Assembly: GCA_963707215.1 (NCBI GenBank)
Contig: CAVPPB010000002.1
Coordinates: 192,001-256,000 of the forward strand
Length of the DNA: 64,000 nt
Reading direction: 5' to 3'
Source: an uncultured Chloroflexia bacterium
GTDB lineage: Bacteria > Chloroflexota > Limnocylindria > Limnocylindrales > CSP1-4
Position numbers and translations under genes: made by a program. The notes under the pieces are model-generated. The model made no database searches, was not told where the DNA came from, and saw only the letters and a list, made by a program, of their open reading frames with translations. The number at the start of each line of letters is the position of its first letter. Position 1 is the stretch's first letter. Shown here in pieces: positions 1 through 9,517 of the stretch.

Positions 1-2
1 CC

Positions 3-632
3 GGATCGCTGCTCGACGAGGAGCGGTTCGCCGCCATCGTCGAGGTCGCCCGCGAGCACGGGGCCTGGATCCTCGCCGACGAGGTCTACCGTGGGCTCGA
101 CCAGGACGGGCCGGGGACCTCGCCATCGTTCGTCGACCGCTACGAGCGGACGATCGGCGTCGGCAGCATGTCGAAGGCCTTCTCGCTCGCCGGGCTTCGG
201 CTCGGCTGGGTCGTGGCCCCGCCGGAGATCCGGACCGCGATCGTCCGCCATCGCGACTACTCGGTCATCAGCGTCGGGATGGTCGACGATCTCCTGGCGG
301 CGATCGCGCTCGAGTCGAGCGAGGCGCTGCTGGCCCGGAACCGGACGATCGTCCGAGGGAACCTCGCCATCCTCGACGCGTGGGTCGGCGGCGAGCTGGC
401 CATCGACTATGTCCGGCCCGCCTCCGGGAGCACCGCGCTCCTCCGCTACGAGGTCGACCTGCCGTCCGACGACCTCTGCGTCCGCCTCCTGGAGGCCGAG
501 GGCGTCATGTTCACGCCGGGCGGCGCCATGGACGTCGAGGGCTACCTGCGCATCGGCTACGCGAACCACTCGGCGGTGCTGCAGGCCGGGCTCGAGCGGA
601 CCTCCGCCTTCCTGGCGACCCTCCGTTCCTGA
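3..632 (+). CDS. PLP-dependent aminotransferase class I/II (5' end outside window)
   Basis: Frame open from window start; ADEVY and SMSKAFSLAGLRLGW (PLP lysine) motifs, C-terminal YLRIGY. Confidence 0.85.
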   Translation, partial: GSLLDEERFAAIVEVAREHGAWILADEVYRGLDQDGPGTSPSFVDRYERTIGVGSMSKAFSLAGLRLGWVVAPPEIRTAIVRHRDYSVISVGMVDDLLAAIALESSEALLARNRTIVRGNLAILDAWVGGELAIDYVRPASGSTALLRYEVDLPSDDLCVRLLEAEGVMFTPGGAMDVEGYLRIGYANHSAVLQAGLERTSAFLATLRS

Positions 633-720
633 CGAGCTGACCGGCCGACCGGGCACCGGCCATAGGCCGCCGGGCGCTCTCCGTGTCCCGTCCCTCTTGA
701 CGGCGAAGGCCGTCGCTCGT

Positions 721-744
721 ACAGTTCACCAATCGGTTAACTGT
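721..744. promoter_or_regulatory. Palindromic operator upstream of ArsR gene
   Basis: ACAGTTCACC-aatc-GGTTAACTGT, 10-bp arms with 1 mismatch, AT-rich, just upstream of ATG 762. Confidence 0.6.
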
Positions 745-761
745 TGCGTGAGGGACGAGTC

Positions 762-1118
762 ATGGCCGAGGTCGCCGACGACCTTGATCCGCTGTTCGCG
801 GCCCTCGCCAACCGACATCGCCGCGAGATGGTCGACCTGCTGGCCCTCCAGCCGTGGTCCATCAGCCGCCTGGCGGCCATCCGCGGCCTATCGCTGCCAG
901 CCATCCACAAGCACGTCCGGGTGCTGGAGGAGGCTGGCCTGGTCCGCCGCCGGAAGCTGGGCCGGACGACGTTCCTGACGCTCGACCGGGCGTCCGTCCT
1001 CCAGCTCCAGGCATGGCTTGGCCGGTTCCACGCCTACTGGGGCACCGAGAAGGAGAGCCTCGAGAACTACGGAACGTTCCTCGACGGCGAAGCATCGGTC
1101 GAAAGGAAGGGATCGTGA
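762..1118 (+). CDS. ArsR/SmtB-family HTH regulator
   Basis: LDPLFAALANRHRR...SLPAIHKHVRVLEEAGLV...GR pattern. Confidence 0.85.
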   Translation: MAEVADDLDPLFAALANRHRREMVDLLALQPWSISRLAAIRGLSLPAIHKHVRVLEEAGLVRRRKLGRTTFLTLDRASVLQLQAWLGRFHAYWGTEKESLENYGTFLDGEASVERKGS

Positions 1119-1405
1119 AGAAGTACCTGCTCCTCTACCACGACAGCTGGGAGCCGACCCAGGAGACCATGGACGCCTGGGGGGTCTGGTTCGCCAGGGT
1201 GGGTGACCGGTTCGTGGACAGCGGCAACCCGCTCGGCAACGGCCTCGAGGTGACGCGCGACGGTTCCCGCGAGCTAGCGGGCGATGCCAGCGCCGCGACG
1301 GGCTACTCGCTCCTCTCGGCCGAGAGCCGCGAGGAGGCCGAGCGACTGCTCGAGGGCTGCCCGTTCGGCTCGAGCGTTCGGATCTACGAGGCGATGGCGA
1401 TGTAG
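1115..1405 (+). CDS. YciI/YCII-like protein
   Basis: GTG overlapping ArsR stop, AAGGAAGG RBS; KKYLLLY...W..WF...DSGNPL...TGYSLLSAESREEA. Confidence 0.7.
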   Translation: MKKYLLLYHDSWEPTQETMDAWGVWFARVGDRFVDSGNPLGNGLEVTRDGSRELAGDASAATGYSLLSAESREEAERLLEGCPFGSSVRIYEAMAM

Positions 1406-1539
1406 CAATCGGCCGGCGGTGGCTCCTGCGCGGGACGGCACGGTGTGCCGGCTTGACTTCCCGATGGCCCGTCGCGATGGTGGCGGTTCCGGAGGACGAC
1501 GATGAATCCGGCGACACCGATGCCTGGAGCGCAGCAGCT

Positions 1540-2007
1540 ATGACCGAGGATCAACCGTCGACCGCTTCGCCCCGCCTCCCGCCCCGCTGGTTCATCCGCG
1601 CCGCCTGGGCGGTGCACCGCGCCATCTACTCGATCACCGCCGGCCGCCGCGGTCTCCGCAGGGCGACCGACGACCAGTGGGGGATGATGCGGCTCAGGAC
1701 GGTCGGGCGCCGCAGCGGCAGGGAGCGCGTCGCGATCCTCGGCTACTTCGAGGACGGCCCGAACCTGGTGACCATGGCCATGAACGGCTGGGGGGAGCCC
1801 GAGCCCGCCTGGTGGCTCAACCTCCAGGCGCATCCCGACACGGTCGTCGAGCTGAAGGACGGGCCCCGGGCTGTCTACGGCCGAGCCGCGGACGGCGAGG
1901 AGCGGGACCGGCTGTGGGCCCGCTGGGCCCATTACGACAAGGATCTCGATGCCTTCGCTGCCCGGCGGCCGGGGCAGACCGCGGTCGTGGTCCTCGAGCC
2001 GCGGTAG
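1540..2007 (+). CDS. Deazaflavin (F420)-dependent nitroreductase family protein
   Basis: LRTVGRRSGRER, PAWWLNLQAHP, VVVLEP motifs of the Ddn family. Confidence 0.85.
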   Translation: MTEDQPSTASPRLPPRWFIRAAWAVHRAIYSITAGRRGLRRATDDQWGMMRLRTVGRRSGRERVAILGYFEDGPNLVTMAMNGWGEPEPAWWLNLQAHPDTVVELKDGPRAVYGRAADGEERDRLWARWAHYDKDLDAFAARRPGQTAVVVLEPR

Positions 2008-2250
2008 GGGGCTGGGCCGGGACCCGAGGCCATCCCTCGCGTGGTCGTCTCTCGCGTCGCCGGTGCTTGCTGTCACCACGTGGCTGCCCCCTCCCCCCTA
2101 GCCAGGACGACGCTCCTCGGGCATCATGCCCGGATCGCTGGGGTGGCGGGAGCGGCGGGGTGCTCCACGGCACGGCGTCCAATCGGAGCGGTCGCCCGAC
2201 TCGTGCCGGAAGCCAATGGCGAGACCGACCCCGGCGGAGGAGGAGTGCGG

Positions 2251-2592
2251 ATGATCCGCCATGTCGTTTCCAGGCTCACGGTCGCGGTCTCGGTGGCCGC
2301 CATCGTCGCGAGCCTGAGCGCTACCGCCGTCTTCGCCGGTGAGATCACCGGCAACGGCAAGAGCCTCAAGGTCGAGGACGGGGGCAAGTGGCACACGGGG
2401 CTGCACGCCCGGTCGTTCTGTGCCTTCTCCGGCCAGAACGACGAGTACCACGAGGTGAGCACCGAGTACCCGCGGGTCCAGAACTGGGGTGAGATCCCGA
2501 AGGAGTTCCGGGCCTTCCTCGCGTCGATCGGAGCCCATCCTGGCCAGGCCTGCAACCCGAACATCGGGCCGCCCCCGGAGCCAGAGGGGTAG
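2251..2592 (+). CDS. Small secreted protein, GEITGNGK type, copy 1
   Basis: GGAGG RBS, signal peptide ending AVFA, two Cys (SFCA, ACNP); close paralog at 8095. Confidence 0.8.
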   Translation: MIRHVVSRLTVAVSVAAIVASLSATAVFAGEITGNGKSLKVEDGGKWHTGLHARSFCAFSGQNDEYHEVSTEYPRVQNWGEIPKEFRAFLASIGAHPGQACNPNIGPPPEPEG

Positions 2593-2617
2593 CCGACCCG
2601 GATCCGACCAGCCGCCT

Positions 2618-2653
2618 GACGGCCTCCCGGTCCATCCGGGGGGCCGTCGGCTT
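2618..2653 (+). terminator. Hairpin terminator after copy 1
   Basis: GACGGCCTCCCGG-tccat-CCGGGGGGCCGTC; same hairpin follows copy 2. Confidence 0.6.
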
Positions 2654-2753
2654 GTCCGTGAGGCGCGGCTGCGTCATCTGCCGGGCCGATCGGGCCGATC
2701 GCCCCTTCCGCCAGCCGAGCCGCGGAGGCACCGTCTCGGCGGAGGTCGCAGCC

Positions 2754-4307
2754 GTGCCGGACACCACTGCCGCCGGGTCATCCACCATCGCGTCCGCGGG
2801 GACCGAGTCGCCCCTCGAGACCTGGGTCGAGGAACTCGCGGGTCGTCACCCTATGGTCGGGCTCGCGGTGGGCGTCGTCCGCGACGGACGCCTCGACGCC
2901 TTCCAGGGCTACGGCCTTGCCGACATCGCATCAGGTCGGCCCGTGACCGAGGACACGGTCTTCCGGATCGCCTCGATCACCAAGACCTTCACGGCGATCG
3001 CGGTGATGCAGCTCTGGGAGCAGGGGCTGGTCGACCTCGATGCGCCCGTCAGTGAGTACCTGCGGGCCTATCGGCTGGTCCCGGCGAACGTCGGCTGGCG
3101 GCCCGCGACCGTGCGCCATCTCCTGACCCACACCGCCGGCCTGCCCGAGGTGCGCGATCCGAGGGGGGCACTCCAGCCGGACTTCGGCGAGAGCGTGCCA
3201 GCCGGACGACTGCTGCCGTCCCTGGCGGACTTCTATGGCGGCCGCCTTCGAGTGAGCGCCGAGCCGGGCACCAGGTTCGTCTACGGCAACCACTCGCCGG
3301 CGACCCTCGGCCAGCTCGTCGAGGACGTCACCGAGCTGTCGCTGGGCCGCGTCTTCCGGGAGCGGATCTTCGAGCCGCTCGGGATGATGGAGACGACGCT
3401 CGTCCGTCCGGACCGGGTTGTGTCGCGCCTGGCGACCGGGTACACGATCGGTCGCCGCGGTCCCAGGGCCGTTCCCGAGCGCGACATGGTGACGACCGGG
3501 GCCGCCTCCATCTACTCGACCCCGCGCGACATGGCCCGGTACGTGGCGGCCCTGCTCGGGGGCGGTGCCAACGAGCACGGCTCCGTGCTGCGGTCGGCCA
3601 CGTTGTCGAGCATGTTCGAGCCGCACTACCAGCCCGATCCGAGGTTGCCCGGCTTCGGCCTCGGCTTCTTCCGGACCGACCTCGCCGGCCATCGCGTGGT
3701 CCGTCACCAGGGCGTCATCCCCGGCTTCGACTCCGAGATGGCCCTGGCGCCCGACGACGGCGTCGGGCTGGTGGCCTTCGCCAACGGCGCCCGCGACGCC
3801 GCGCTCTGGCTGCCCGCCGAGGTGGCCACGCTGATGCGGCGCCTGATGGATCTCCCCGGTGACGGGATCAGCTCCGGCATCGCGCCACGCCCCGACGTCT
3901 GGGGCGACCTGCGCGGCTGGTACCGGCTGGACGCTGGCATGAGCGACGTGCGACTGCGGGCCATGATGGGTGCCGGGGTCGAGATCTTCGCCGCGGACGG
4001 CGGGATCAGGCTCCGGTTCCTGACGCCGATCCCGGCGATGTACCGCGGCTTCGCGCTCCATCCCGACGACCCGATGGATCCGACCATCCACCGGATGGAC
4101 CTGTCCGCGTTCGGCCTTGGGACGACCCGGGTCGCGTTCAGCCGCGGACCCGGCGGAGCGAGGTCGGTCGCCCTCGAACTGATGCCGCTGATCCTGCGGC
4201 GGCAGCCGTCGTGGACGAACCCACGACGGTGGGCCGCGGGTTCGCTCGCCGCTCTCGGGCTCGGTGCCGCCGCGCTCATCCTCGGCCGGCGCCGCTCGGC
4301 CCGATGA
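2754..4307 (+). CDS. Serine hydrolase, beta-lactamase (AmpC/PBP)-like, with C-terminal membrane anchor
   Basis: FRIASITK (SxxK), LLTHTAG, YGN, HQG motifs; hydrophobic plus basic C-terminus; start inferred from GGAGG. Confidence 0.85.
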   Translation: MPDTTAAGSSTIASAGTESPLETWVEELAGRHPMVGLAVGVVRDGRLDAFQGYGLADIASGRPVTEDTVFRIASITKTFTAIAVMQLWEQGLVDLDAPVSEYLRAYRLVPANVGWRPATVRHLLTHTAGLPEVRDPRGALQPDFGESVPAGRLLPSLADFYGGRLRVSAEPGTRFVYGNHSPATLGQLVEDVTELSLGRVFRERIFEPLGMMETTLVRPDRVVSRLATGYTIGRRGPRAVPERDMVTTGAASIYSTPRDMARYVAALLGGGANEHGSVLRSATLSSMFEPHYQPDPRLPGFGLGFFRTDLAGHRVVRHQGVIPGFDSEMALAPDDGVGLVAFANGARDAALWLPAEVATLMRRLMDLPGDGISSGIAPRPDVWGDLRGWYRLDAGMSDVRLRAMMGAGVEIFAADGGIRLRFLTPIPAMYRGFALHPDDPMDPTIHRMDLSAFGLGTTRVAFSRGPGGARSVALELMPLILRRQPSWTNPRRWAAGSLAALGLGAAALILGRRRSAR

Positions 4308-4371
4308 TCGCCGACGTGACGGTCATCGTCCCCATTGTCCGCCTGCCCGGGTGTCGCTAGAGTCTGCGGCC

Positions 4372-5199
4372 ATGGGCAACATGACGCCCCAGGAGACGAT
4401 GCACGAGCTCCTGACGGGCCACAATCCGATGAGCACCAGGCTGCGGCGGATCTTCATGCGGGTGCCCAGCGGGCCCAACTGCAAGATGTGCGCGGCGCCG
4501 TTCGCCGGGCCCGGAGGGGCGGTCCTCCGCCACGTGGGCTTCGGTCGCTTCCCCGGCAACCCGTCGCTCTGTGGATGGTGCATCAAGGACCTTCAGAAGA
4601 TCGGGGTCCAGGGCGCGGAGATCCCGGTGAGCCTCCTGTTCGCCGACATCCGGGGGTCGACCTCGATCGGCGAGCACCTGTCGCCCACCGAGTTCCGGTC
4701 CTTCCTGGACCGCTTCTACCGGATCTCGTCGCAGGCCGTGCTCACCAATGACGGCGTGGTCGACAAGTTCGTCGGCGACGAGGTCATCGGGCTCTTCTTC
4801 GGCGGTGTCAGCGGCGATCGCCATCCGGCCGCGGCGGTCGCAGCCGGACGCGAGCTCCTCTCGCGAGCCGGCCGCCTGGACGCGACACCCAGCGGCCCGA
4901 TCCCCATCGGCGCCGCGGTGCACACCGGCCTGGCCTTCGTCGGCTCCACCGCGACCGACGACGTCGTCAACGACTTCACGGCGCTCGGGGACACCGTCAA
5001 CACGACGGCACGGCTCGCGGGCCAGGCGGCTGCCGGCGAGCTCCTCGTCTCGGTCGAGGCGGCCACGGCGGCCGGTACGGACACCGCTGGCCTGGAACGC
5101 CGCTCGGTCGAGGCCCGCGGCCGCAGCGAGCCGGTGGAGGTCGTGGCCCTGCGGATCGGTGTCGAGCCCGCCGGACCCTCCAGCGGGGGGCCCGCCTAG
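4372..5199 (+). CDS. Class III adenylate/guanylate cyclase with N-terminal CxxC...CxxC region
   Basis: LFADIRGST, DKFVGDEV, GDTVNTTARL; CKMC and CGWC. Confidence 0.9.
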   Translation: MGNMTPQETMHELLTGHNPMSTRLRRIFMRVPSGPNCKMCAAPFAGPGGAVLRHVGFGRFPGNPSLCGWCIKDLQKIGVQGAEIPVSLLFADIRGSTSIGEHLSPTEFRSFLDRFYRISSQAVLTNDGVVDKFVGDEVIGLFFGGVSGDRHPAAAVAAGRELLSRAGRLDATPSGPIPIGAAVHTGLAFVGSTATDDVVNDFTALGDTVNTTARLAGQAAAGELLVSVEAATAAGTDTAGLERRSVEARGRSEPVEVVALRIGVEPAGPSSGGPA

Positions 5200-5221
5200 G
5201 GACCCTCGCGGGACCGGTGCG

Positions 5222-5935
5222 TCAGTCGCCCCTGGGGTGCGCCTTCGCGATGTCGCCGATGATCGCGGCCAGCTCGTCGGGGCGCGACCACATCGGCCAG
5301 TGGCTCGTGGGCAGGTCGACCCAGGTCACGTCCCGCAGCTCGGCCAGGCCGGCGAGCCATGCCCAGTCGTGGTCCCGGGCGGCTGCCCGGATCTGCTCCG
5401 ACGGGAAACCGGTGCAGACGATCGTGCTGGGGATGTCGCAGCGGGCGTCGTCGGTCAGCTCCACGGTCTTGCGCAGGACGCCGCCCGGCACCGGGACCGC
5501 CCGTTCCCGGAACCGCTCCAGCTGCGCCTCGGTCAACCCGTCGAGGTTCTCCTCCGCCTCGATGTCGGCCCAGACCAGCGGCTTGTCGGCGTCCGTGAAG
5601 TCGGGGTCGAGCGCCCCCACACCGGGGGCGGTGTCGACGTAGGCCATGGCCGCGATCCGGTCCGGGACGCGGTCGCTGGCCGCGTACCCCGAGAAGCCGG
5701 CGGCGCTGTGGACCGCCAGGACGACGGGAGCATCGGCCGCCCGGACCGCCACGCAGATCGCCTCGACATGGTCGGCGAAGCCGATCGAGGATCGGTCGGC
5801 GTCGGCCGACTCGAGACCGGGCAGGGTGATCGCGGTCACGTCGTGGCCATCGGCACGCAGCGCGGCGGCGACCTCGTCCCAGGCCCATGCGCCGAGCCAG
5901 AAGCCGGGGACCAGGATGATCGGAGCGGGCATCAT
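5222..5935 (-). CDS. Alpha/beta hydrolase
   Basis: LVPGFWLGAWAW, VHSAAG nucleophile elbow, SHWPMWS; ATGA overlap with upstream cyclase. Confidence 0.85.
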   Translation of the reverse strand: MMPAPIILVPGFWLGAWAWDEVAAALRADGHDVTAITLPGLESADADRSSIGFADHVEAICVAVRAADAPVVLAVHSAAGFSGYAASDRVPDRIAAMAYVDTAPGVGALDPDFTDADKPLVWADIEAEENLDGLTEAQLERFRERAVPVPGGVLRKTVELTDDARCDIPSTIVCTGFPSEQIRAAARDHDWAWLAGLAELRDVTWVDLPTSHWPMWSRPDELAAIIGDIAKAHPRGD

Positions 5936-7677
5936 CGGGTCGCCGTAGCGGCGGGCTCGCCTCCATCGGTGGCAAGCACCCCTGCCGCGGCGAGGTCGTC
6001 CTTCCAGCGGCTGACCATCTCCGGCGAGCTGTACGGGTTGCGGTCGAGCCATGCCTCGACGTCGACCGTCGGGAAGCGCTCCCGGATCAGCTCCGCGGTC
6101 GCTCGGGCTCGCCGGTCCAGCCCCAGCTCGACCTGGGCCGCCGCCAGCACGAGGAGCGCCTCCAGGTTGTTCGGCTGGTGCTCCAGGACCATCTCTGCCA
6201 CGCCCGCCGCCTGCTCGACCCTCCCGCCCATGTAGAGGGAGCAGGCCTTGACCGTCGGGTACCAGGGCTTGTTGACGGCGGTGAGGCGCATCGCGACGTC
6301 CGTGAGGTCGACGGCCCGCTCCCACTGGCCGAGGTACCGCCGGACGCTGCCCTCGAGGCCGAAGGTGACGTCGCAGGTGGGCCGGACGATCTCGACCGAC
6401 TCGATCATCTGCAGGGCCTGCTCGCCATGACCCTGCGACATCAGGACGGCGGCCTCGACGGTCCGGGCCATGCCCGTCGGATCGCCGACCGCGAGCCCCG
6501 CCCGAGCCTGCTCCAGCGCCGTGGCCAGCGTCGCTTCCGGATCGCTGGCCCACCCGCTGTCGGCGCCCGACCAGTTGGCGAACGCCGAGAGGACGTGCCC
6601 GTACGGCTGATCCGGATGCGAGCGGGTCACCCGGCCGAAGTGCTCGACAGCTCGCGACCACCCTTCGCGCGTCCCCGTGGTCAGCTGGTACCAGCCGAGG
6701 TAGACCTGCTCGATCGCCTCCGGATCGTCCAGGTCCGCGTACAGGCCGGCCGGCTCGCCGACGACGAGCTCGACCTCGACCGCCCGGCCGACCTCGTCGG
6801 CGAACGCATCCGAGAGCGCGAGCAGGTCGGCCACCGGAGCCGTTTGCTTGTACGACTTGACGACGTTCATGGTCGACACGTCGAAAAGGTTCGCGTAGAT
6901 CCGCACGCTTTCGCCGATCAGGTGGACCCCGGTCTCGATCATGTAGCGGGCAGCGCCCGATGCCGCCCCGCGATCTTCGGCCTTCGCGTCGATGACGGTC
7001 AGTTGCGGGATCCGGGTCAACCGATGGATCAGGTCGGTCCGCAGGACCCCGGCCACGGTCCGCACGGCCTCGTCCGGGATCTCGGCATGGATCGGCAGGA
7101 CGGCCAGCGTTGGCGCCTCGAGTGCCAGTGGACGATGCGCCGAAGCGGCTGGGTCGTCGCTCGGCAGGTCGGTGAACTCGTGGACCTCCACCTCCTCCGG
7201 GATCCCCTTGAGCCGGTGCCGGCCCGTGGGCCTGAACCGAAGGGCGGGTTCGTCCAGGGCCTGGTAGACCCGCCCGGTGACGCTGATCCCGCCGGGCTGC
7301 GCGATCGCCTGGATGCGCGCGGCGATGTTCAGGGCATCTCCGAAGTACTCGCCGCCGGAGATGGAGATCGGGCCCTGGTCCAGACCCATCCGGAAGCGGA
7401 TCTTCCGTGAGTCGGCTCGTGTCGCGTTCCTGGCCTCGATCTCGGACGTGATGGCGATCGCCGTCCGCATCGCCTCCATGGCGCTGCCGAAGACCGCCAT
7501 GAAGTTGTCCCCGACGAAGTTGACGAGCGTCCCGTCGTTCTCCGACACCGTCCGCTCGACGAGCTCCCGGTACTCGTCCATCGTCGCCGTCATCGCCTCG
7601 AGGTCATCGGCGATGAGTCGGCTGTAGCCGACCACGTCGGCGTTGAGGGCCACCATCTCGGGACGCTGCTCGGTCAA
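5932..7677 (-). CDS. Class III cyclase domain + TolB-like + TPR protein
   Basis: ADVVGYSRL, FVGDNF, FGDALNIAARI, then LAVLP segment and helical repeats; TTG start after GGAAGGAG. Confidence 0.85.
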   Translation of the reverse strand: MTEQRPEMVALNADVVGYSRLIADDLEAMTATMDEYRELVERTVSENDGTLVNFVGDNFMAVFGSAMEAMRTAIAITSEIEARNATRADSRKIRFRMGLDQGPISISGGEYFGDALNIAARIQAIAQPGGISVTGRVYQALDEPALRFRPTGRHRLKGIPEEVEVHEFTDLPSDDPAASAHRPLALEAPTLAVLPIHAEIPDEAVRTVAGVLRTDLIHRLTRIPQLTVIDAKAEDRGAASGAARYMIETGVHLIGESVRIYANLFDVSTMNVVKSYKQTAPVADLLALSDAFADEVGRAVEVELVVGEPAGLYADLDDPEAIEQVYLGWYQLTTGTREGWSRAVEHFGRVTRSHPDQPYGHVLSAFANWSGADSGWASDPEATLATALEQARAGLAVGDPTGMARTVEAAVLMSQGHGEQALQMIESVEIVRPTCDVTFGLEGSVRRYLGQWERAVDLTDVAMRLTAVNKPWYPTVKACSLYMGGRVEQAAGVAEMVLEHQPNNLEALLVLAAAQVELGLDRRARATAELIRERFPTVDVEAWLDRNPYSSPEMVSRWKDDLAAAGVLATDGGEPAATATR

Positions 7678-8094
7678 GGTGCTGCTGCTCCTTCCCTCGG
7701 CTGGGTCATCCGGATCGGCAGCGGCTGCCGGTGATCGGCCGATCTTGCCGGTGATCCATGGGGGCGACCACGGGGTCGAACGTTGCCCGGATCCCCCGAA
7801 GCATCTCACGCCCTGCTACCAGGGCGCGAGCGCCCGGCCGTCGGGTGGGTCGAGGCGCCGTCACTTCTGGCTGATCGGGTGACCTCGCAGACAGGGTCCG
7901 TGGTCACCGCACGCACCAGGGTAGATGGATTTCTTAACGTGCTGGCGCTTTGCCGTCATCGAGCGCAGCATGCCCCGACGATCGAGGAGGCGGGAGCATC
8001 GGGAGAGCTCCCCGGCACGGCGTCCCAGCATCGGTCGCCTGCTCGTGCCGGATGCCAATGGCGAGACCGACCTCGGCGAAGGAGGTTCGTGCGG

Positions 8095-8445
8095 ATGATC
8101 CGCCACGTCATGACGAGGCTCGGCCTCGCGGTCACCCTGGCGGCCGTCGTGCTGAGCCTCAGCGTCCCCGCCGTGTTCGGCGGCGAGATCACTGGGAACG
8201 GCAAGGTCCTCAAGCTCGAGGACGGCGGCAAGTGGGACACCGGGCTTCATGCTCGGTCGTTCTGCGCCTACTCGGGCCAGGAGGACGACCAGTTCCTGGC
8301 CGGGGGCTCCAAGGGAGACCCGGGCCATGCCCAGTCCTGGGGCCAGATCCCCAAGGCCGACAGGAATTTCCTGGCCACGATCGGGGCCCATCCCGGCCAG
8401 GCATGCAACCCGAACAGCGGCCCACCCCCCGAGCCTGAGGGGTAG
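8095..8445 (+). CDS. Small secreted protein, GEITGNGK type, copy 2
   Basis: Paralog of 2251..2592 (GEITGNGK, GLHARSFCA, IGAHPGQACNPN, GPPPEPEG). Confidence 0.8.
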   Translation: MIRHVMTRLGLAVTLAAVVLSLSVPAVFGGEITGNGKVLKLEDGGKWDTGLHARSFCAYSGQEDDQFLAGGSKGDPGHAQSWGQIPKADRNFLATIGAHPGQACNPNSGPPPEPEG

Positions 8446-8467
8446 TCGACCTACCACTCGACGACCG

Positions 8468-8502
8468 ACGGCCTCCCGGTCCTTCCGGGGGGCCGTTTCT
8501 TG
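8468..8502 (+). terminator. Intrinsic terminator after copy 2
   Basis: ACGGCCTCCCGG-tcctt-CCGGGGGGCCGT followed by TTCTT. Confidence 0.7.
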
Positions 8503-8523
8503 TGGGCGTCCGGATCGCCGTCG

Positions 8524-9390
8524 CTAGGGGCTCCCGTCGACGACGAGCCGGAGGAGCTGTCGTTGCCCGGGCAACCCCTTGAGCTCGTGGACGCCGGCAT
8601 CCTGAAGTACCAGCTCCGAACCCTCCAGGAGCCCACCCGTCGTCGACGAGACGAGCACCTCGCCCGGGCCGGCCATCGCGAGCACCCGCGAGGCCGTGTG
8701 AACGGCGATCCCTCGGACGTCGTCGCCCACGAGCTCGATCTCCCCGGTGTGGAGGCCGACCCTGATCTCGAGACCGATCGCCCGGACGGCACGCGTCATC
8801 TCGGCGGCACACCGGGCGGCACGGGTCGGGCTGTCGAAGATCGCCAGGAACCCGTCACCGGTCGTCTTCACCTCGCGGCCGCGTTGGACGTTCAGCACCT
8901 CGCGAAGGCGCGCGTTGTGGGCGACCAGCAGGTCGTGCCATGCGGCATCGCCGAGTGCCTGGAGCCTGGCCGTCGAGTCGACGATGTCCGTGAACAGGAC
9001 CGTGGCGAAGGACCGCGCCCCGCTCTCGCCGAGCGCCGCGCTGAGAGCCCGGCCGCTCGCCCCCCACTCGAAGCAGACCCAGGGCTCGTCGCCGATCACC
9101 CACATGTCGTGGCCCGGCGGGATGTCGAAGACCGTCTCGGGTCCGATGTCGAGTTCCTGCCCGTCCTCCATCGCGACATGGACGACCCCCGACATCGTGT
9201 AGCCGAGATGGCGGATCTGGCAGGACGTGATCCCCATCATCGAGCCGATGTCGGTCGACCAGCGCCAGCCAGGCTCGAAGCGACAGCGGCTGACGGTCGT
9301 CTCGTCGAGGTTGACGGCCTCGAACCGCACCCTCGTCATCGCCCTGACGGCATCGGGAGCGGCGAAGGTCTTGGTCTGCAACCGGGGCAT
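8524..9390 (-). CDS. Cupin + class III cyclase fusion
   Basis: FEPGWRWS...CQIRHLG...IPPGHD cupin; LFTDIVDST, KTTGDG, GIAVHTASRV. Confidence 0.9.
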   Translation of the reverse strand: MPRLQTKTFAAPDAVRAMTRVRFEAVNLDETTVSRCRFEPGWRWSTDIGSMMGITSCQIRHLGYTMSGVVHVAMEDGQELDIGPETVFDIPPGHDMWVIGDEPWVCFEWGASGRALSAALGESGARSFATVLFTDIVDSTARLQALGDAAWHDLLVAHNARLREVLNVQRGREVKTTGDGFLAIFDSPTRAARCAAEMTRAVRAIGLEIRVGLHTGEIELVGDDVRGIAVHTASRVLAMAGPGEVLVSSTTGGLLEGSELVLQDAGVHELKGLPGQRQLLRLVVDGSP

Positions 9391-9517
9391 GAGTCGGCCT
9401 GCCTTGGGGATGACGGGATCGGGACCCCGACATCATGGACCCGGGAGCCGGTCGCCGCACGGCCGGCGCCGGCCCGGCGGTCCGGCCCGCCGCGTTCTCC
9501 TCAGGCAGGATGGGGCC

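Noticed and set aside
4372-9390. Cyclases as Pycsar/CBASS defence system
   Set aside because: No adjacent TIR or TM cyclic-nucleotide-binding effector; architectures are ordinary signalling types
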